Origin: an uncultured bacterium
Lineage (GTDB): Bacteria; Chloroflexota; UBA5177; JANWHV01
Length of the DNA: 64,000 bases
Direction: 5' to 3'
Assembly (NCBI GenBank): GCA_963729625.1
Contig: CAVSOU010000004.1
Location: 1 to 64,000 of the forward strand
Shown here: positions 59,455-64,000 of the stretch, piece by piece
Layout: the number at the start of each line of letters is the position of its first letter
How positions within the stretch are numbered: the stretch's first letter is position 1
Position numbers and translations under genes: made by a program
Notes under the pieces: generated by a model
What the model saw: only the letters and a program-made list of their open reading frames with translations
The model's database searches: none
Told to the model about the DNA's origin: nothing

Positions 59455-60777
59455 ATGGGGCTGAGTGCGGTGAAGCAGCGGCCAGAGAGGCTCGAGGTGG
59501 TAAAGGACCGGCCGGTGCACGGACGTGCCCAGGTTGCCTATGCGGCGCGCGCGATGCGCGGTTTCTTTACCCTGAACTTGCCCGTATCAGCCACGGTGCG
59601 GCGCGATTTCCGACTCGACCTGGCCGGCGGGCTGCTCTACGGGGTGTTCAACGGCTCGGCCGTCGGCTACATCTACGTCGTGGCGCGGACCATTGGCGTG
59701 AGCCAATTCGGCATCAGTCTCCTCGTGTCCATGAGTGCCATCGGTGCGATGTTGTGCTTGCCTGCGTCACTTGCCGTCAAACCCGAGAGCAGCCGAACCT
59801 TTCTCTTCGCCTCCCTCACTCTTGGGCGCGGTGTTCTGCTGCTGATTCTTGTGCTCCGTGGGCCAGTGCCTTATGTGGTCATCGTCTCCGTCTTCCTCAT
59901 AACCGGCGGCATTATCGCGCCGTTTTACGCGGAGGTCATGCAGCATATCTACCCCCGCGAGTTCCGCGGCCAATTGATGAGCTTGGTGCGCATCGGCACC
60001 GGTACGGTGACGACCGTTGTATCGCTGCTTACGGCCTGGATATTTGGGTCGGGCTACATCGGATACCAGGTGCTGTTCGGTCTGGGTGCGCTGCCTGCTC
60101 TCGCCAACGTACTGACGTTCGCCAGGATTACGCCGGTCCGGCCGTCGCCCAGACCACGCCACACCGTGCGCGACCTGCTGCCGATCTTGCGGCGAAACCG
60201 CGAGTTCGCACGATACGAGACCTGGGTCTCTACGATGGCCTCTGGCGCAGTCATCGCCGGGACACTGTATCCCCTCGTGATTGTCGACAAGCTCCACGCG
60301 GGTTATGGCTCATTCGGCGTGCTGACCGTGATTACGTCCTTGGGGTATCTGACTTCTTGGGTTTGGTGGGGTCGAGTCTTCGACCACATGGGTCCGGTAT
60401 TTACCATGCTCGTGGTCGGGCTCTGCACGCTGGCGCTTCCGGCCGCGATGCTGGTCGCGCCGGGTGTCTATTGGCTGGTGTTGGGCGTGTTCCTCAACGG
60501 CGTATCCAGTGCCGGCTTTGAAGTAGGCCCTGTCGCGGCGGTGATTCACTTTTCGCGCGCCGTGCCGCACGATGTTCCGCAATACATGGCTATACACTCG
60601 ATACTGATAGGGGTGCGCGGCATAATCTTCCCGTTTGTTGCCATACTCATCCTGGCCGGGCACCACTACGCGCTGTCGTTGAGTGCCGCGCTTTTGCTAT
60701 CGGCATACGGCACTTGTATGCTGTGGCGCATGCATATGCAAGAGCCTTACCAAGTCCATGACGGTCGCGACGATTGA
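59455..60777 (+). CDS. MFS transporter
   Basis: About 12 hydrophobic segments, IYPREFRG, WGRVFDHMG. Confidence 0.85.
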   Translation: MGLSAVKQRPERLEVVKDRPVHGRAQVAYAARAMRGFFTLNLPVSATVRRDFRLDLAGGLLYGVFNGSAVGYIYVVARTIGVSQFGISLLVSMSAIGAMLCLPASLAVKPESSRTFLFASLTLGRGVLLLILVLRGPVPYVVIVSVFLITGGIIAPFYAEVMQHIYPREFRGQLMSLVRIGTGTVTTVVSLLTAWIFGSGYIGYQVLFGLGALPALANVLTFARITPVRPSPRPRHTVRDLLPILRRNREFARYETWVSTMASGAVIAGTLYPLVIVDKLHAGYGSFGVLTVITSLGYLTSWVWWGRVFDHMGPVFTMLVVGLCTLALPAAMLVAPGVYWLVLGVFLNGVSSAGFEVGPVAAVIHFSRAVPHDVPQYMAIHSILIGVRGIIFPFVAILILAGHHYALSLSAALLLSAYGTCMLWRMHMQEPYQVHDGRDD

Positions 60778-61002
60778 CGGCTGATCGTCTCGCCCGCCAG
60801 CTCCTGGCACACCGCGCGGCAGCCTACAGCCGAACAGGGGAAGGCGGCTGAAACCAGCCAAGACGGTGTTTGCACGCACGTCGTCGTGCGGGAGTACTGC
60901 GACACGAAGACGGGACAGGAAGGATCATAGCCAAGACGGTCCCCGCTCCCAGTGTGCATACTGAAGGCGACGGGTAGTGAGCGCATGAAGGGGAGAGAGT
61001 AC

Positions 61003-61973
61003 ATGCAGTACGTACAACTCGGACGTTCGGGGCTCAAAGTCAGCCGGCTGTGCCTGGGCACGATGAACTTTGGTCCTTTGACGACCGAAGAGGACAGCCA
61101 TGCGATCATGGATCGCGCCCACGAGCTAGGCATCAACTTCTTCGATACGGCCAACGTGTATGGCCGGAAGAAGGGTGAGGGCATCACCGAGAACATTGTT
61201 GGGCGGTGGTTTAGCCAGGGAGGCGGACGGCGGGAGCGTACGGTGATTGCCACCAAGCTGTACGGAGAGATGGGCGACTGGCCAAACGAATCGCGCCTCT
61301 CCGCCCTCAATATTCGCCGCGCCTGTGAGGCTAGCCTCCAGCGCATGCAGACGGACTACATCGACATCTACCAGATGCACCACGTGGACCGTTGACGCCG
61401 TGGGAGGAGATCTGGCAAGCCATGGAGGTGCTCGCGCAGCAGGGCAAGATCCTGTACGTGGGCAGCTCGAACCACGCCGGCTGGCACATTGCCCGAGCCA
61501 ACGAGGTCGCCAAGAGCCGGCACTTCTTCGGCCTGGTCTCCGAGCAGAGTCTGTACAACCTCGCCGCGCGGACCGTCGAGCTGGAGGTACTCCCGGCCTG
61601 CGAGACGTACGGGATGGGTGTGATTCCCTGGAGCCCGCTGGGAGGCGGATTGCTTGGCGGCGCCCTGCAGAAAGCGAAAGAGGGCCGCCGAGCCTCCGAG
61701 GAGCAACAGAAGCGCATCCGGGATCTCTTGCCGAAGCTGGAAGCCTGGGAGAGCTTATGTAGCGAACTGGGCGAGCAGCCAGCCGACATGGCCCTGGCTT
61801 GGCTGCTCCACAACGCGGTGGTAACGGCGCCGATCATCGGCCCGCGCACGGCGGCGCAGCTCGACGGCTTGCTTCGCGCCCTGGAGATCTCTCTGAGCGC
61901 CGAGGTTCTGACCAAGCTGGACGAGATCTTCCCGGGACCCGGTGGCGCCGCCCCGGAAGCCTACGCCTGGTAG
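61003..61973 (+). CDS. Aldo/keto reductase with one frameshift near 61392
   Basis: LGRSGLKVSRLCLGTMNFG, FFDTANVYG, DIYQMHHVDR / TPWEEIWQAM, SEQSLYNL, PWSPLGGG, PIIGPRT. One nucleotide is missing. Confidence 0.9.
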
Positions 61974-62519
61974 TGGACAGCAGGACCCACGTCGCGTGCA
62001 CAGGTGCTGGGCCGGCTGTCGAATCAGCGCGTGCGCCGCGCCCTCCGGCAGGACCTGCCCAGTCGCCCACACGTCCGCTTCCAGGGCCTCCACCGCGTCC
62101 GCTACCGGACAGCGGCGCTGGATCGATCGCTTCGATGGAGACGTCCGTGGCGGGAGGGCCGAACATGGTCGGCTTGCTCGCCCAGTGGGGCAGCGCACAG
62201 TTGCTCGAAGCGCCGGCGATCTGGCCCGTCCTGCTGCGCTATCGCGGCCTCGTCCACCTGATGCTGGGCGTCGTGACCCTCGAGCAAGGGCTGCGCGTGG
62301 CCGCCGGCCGGTCCAAGCTGCTTGTCACTGCGCACACGCCGCCCGGTACGCTGAGCCGGGGGCTGCTGCCGCTTGCCGCGCTGGTATTCGCGCGCTCCCT
62401 GACTGAGCCGGATGAGGCCACCAGCAAGACGCCGTGAGGTAACCGAATGTCCCGACCGCTAGACCGCGACCACGTGCGGTGCGGTGCAAGCCGATGGGAA
62501 CCCAACCAAGGAGGGTGAC

Positions 62520-63536
62520 ATGCCTACGATGCGCGCGGTGCAGGTCCCGGCACCTCGTGCCGATTTCGAGTTGGTAGAAAAGGCCGTCCCGGAACCTGGG
62601 GATGGCGAGGTACTGGTCAAAGTCGAAGCCTGCGGTATTTGTCATGGAGATGCGATCACCAAGGACGGACGCTATCCCGGCATCGCCTATCCCCGTATCC
62701 CGGGCCACGAGGTCATCGGCATCATCGACGCGTGCGGAGCGAATACCGCGCCCTGGCAGGCAGGCCAGCGCGTGGGCGTCGGGTGGCATGGGGGCCCGTG
62801 TCACACGTGCGAGGCCTGTCGGGGCGGGAACCTTGAGGGCTGCCAGCGCATCTTGACGCCCGGCATCTCGTTTGACGGGGGCTACGCAGAATACCTGACG
62901 GTCTCCGCGCGCGCCCTGGCCTCCATCCCGGCGAGCTTTGATGCTCTGACGGCCGCGCCCCTCCTGTGCGCGGGTAGAACGACCTTCTCGGCTCTACGGA
63001 GCAGCGGCGCCAGGGGTGGTGACCTCGTGGCGATTCAGGGTATAGGCGGGCTGGGACACCTCGCAGTGCAGTTCGCCCGCAAGCTGGGCTTTCACACCGT
63101 GGCGCTCTCCCGCGGCAGCGAGAAGGCTACACTGGCCTACCAGCTCGGCGCTCACGTCTTCATCGACACCGAGGCCACAGATGCCGCGGACGAGCTGAGG
63201 AAGCTGGGTGGGGCTAGGCTCATTCTGGCCACGGCACCCAACAGCGCGGCGATCGCGGCCCTGGTTAACGGCCTGGGGTACGATGGGCAGCTCGTGATCG
63301 TCGCCGCGCCGGCTGAACCGCTGCAGATCGGGGTCGGCCAACTGTTCCAGGGACGGCGGTCCGTCCGCGGCTGGGTGGGCAGCCGCGCCGAAGCCGCCCC
63401 TACTCTACCGTTCAGCGAGATGGCCGGCATCACCCCTATGGTCGAAGTGTTTCCCCTGGAGCAGGCGGCCCTGGCCTACGTGCGCATGCTCACGGCCAAG
63501 GTACGCTTTCGTTGCGTGCTCACGCCCAACGCGTGA
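62520..63536 (+). CDS. Zinc-dependent alcohol dehydrogenase
   Basis: CGICHGD, PGHEV, CxxCxxC..C, APLLCAG, GIGGLGHLA. AAGGAGG RBS. Confidence 0.95.
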   Translation: MPTMRAVQVPAPRADFELVEKAVPEPGDGEVLVKVEACGICHGDAITKDGRYPGIAYPRIPGHEVIGIIDACGANTAPWQAGQRVGVGWHGGPCHTCEACRGGNLEGCQRILTPGISFDGGYAEYLTVSARALASIPASFDALTAAPLLCAGRTTFSALRSSGARGGDLVAIQGIGGLGHLAVQFARKLGFHTVALSRGSEKATLAYQLGAHVFIDTEATDAADELRKLGGARLILATAPNSAAIAALVNGLGYDGQLVIVAAPAEPLQIGVGQLFQGRRSVRGWVGSRAEAAPTLPFSEMAGITPMVEVFPLEQAALAYVRMLTAKVRFRCVLTPNA

Positions 63537-63643
63537 GGCGCGGACCGGTTGGAGTCTGTTCCTTGTACCATCAGGTCGAGGCTGGTCAATCTCTCGACAG
63601 TACCGAGCAGCGCGGCCGTGCATCGCGTGCAAAGGAGAGCACC

Positions 63644-64000
63644 ATGTCCGATATCCTGGCCCTGATTCAGGAGCGGCGGTCCGTCCGCGGGCCCTTCGAT
63701 CCCGACCGCCCCATCGCCGCAGCCGACCTGCGGCAGATCCTGGAGGCGGCGCGCTGGGCGCCCACCGCGCACAACATGCAGAACTTCGATATCGTGGTCA
63801 TCGACGACAAGGACCTGCTGGCCCAGGTGGGCGCCATCTCCTCCCCCGCCTCCGAGGTGTTCATCCGGGAGAACTATGCGCAGCTCTCCTTCTCGGAAGA
63901 CGAATTGCGACGGAAGAAGGTCGGCATCCTGGCCGCCATGTTCCCTGAAGCCTGGCGTACGCCAGACGCCGATTTCGCTGCGGTGGCACGACAGAGTGAG
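63644..64000 (+). CDS. Nitroreductase family protein (runs off the window)
   Basis: AAGGAG RBS then MSDILALIQERRSVRGPF..ILEAARWAPTAHNMQNF. Confidence 0.9.
   Translation, partial: MSDILALIQERRSVRGPFDPDRPIAAADLRQILEAARWAPTAHNMQNFDIVVIDDKDLLAQVGAISSPASEVFIRENYAQLSFSEDELRRKKVGILAAMFPEAWRTPDADFAAVARQSE

Noticed and set aside
61975-62437. Possible CDS between the AKR and ADH genes
   Set aside because: Only the distal part looks coding. No start or RBS and no recognisable family.

Overview
High-GC bacterial genomic window. A soil/sediment Chloroflexota-like origin is my inference from the gene repertoire (UPF0158, DinB, LLM-F420, Pro/Thr-linker secreted proteins) and is not proven. 0-6 kb: TetR-controlled redox genes, a metallophosphoesterase and a PHP hydrolase mixed with gene fragments. 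6.7-23.4 kb: a carbohydrate uptake and catabolism locus (ABC transporter, GH4, GH116, DUF5054-like, esterase, two Gfo/Idh/MocA plus TIM-barrel isomerase pairs, HAD). 24-36.3 kb is the most novel part. A stand-alone SARP/BTAD activator is followed by a 4x 11-bp-phased CTCA repeat array, then an operon of two giant uncharacterised proteins (1623 aa with a Tat signal and a beta-rich C-terminus; 1369 aa with no signal peptide) and a secreted PKD-PKD/Pro-Thr linker/trypsin-like protein that appears to lack all three catalytic residues. This block plus a MazEF module is bracketed by a 179-bp near-identical direct repeat. 36.4-45.8 kb: a decaying defence island (MazEF, HNH pair, MazG-like pseudogene, McrB GTPase with two N-terminal putative reader domains and a DUF2357-type McrC-like nuclease). 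It ends in fused resolvase/integrase remnants, arm-like repeats and the 3' half of tRNA-Gly(CCC), an att-like scar. 46-64 kb: accessory enzymes (dienelactone hydrolase, LLM oxidoreductase, AmmeMemoRadiSam genes, a large 2OG-Fe(II) oxygenase, methyltransferase, MFS, AKR, ADH, nitroreductase) and a serine-recombinase remnant abutting the GTPQG motif of a decayed group II intron RT. No rRNA, intact tRNA or CRISPR array was seen. All family assignments come from manual motif recognition; no searches were run.
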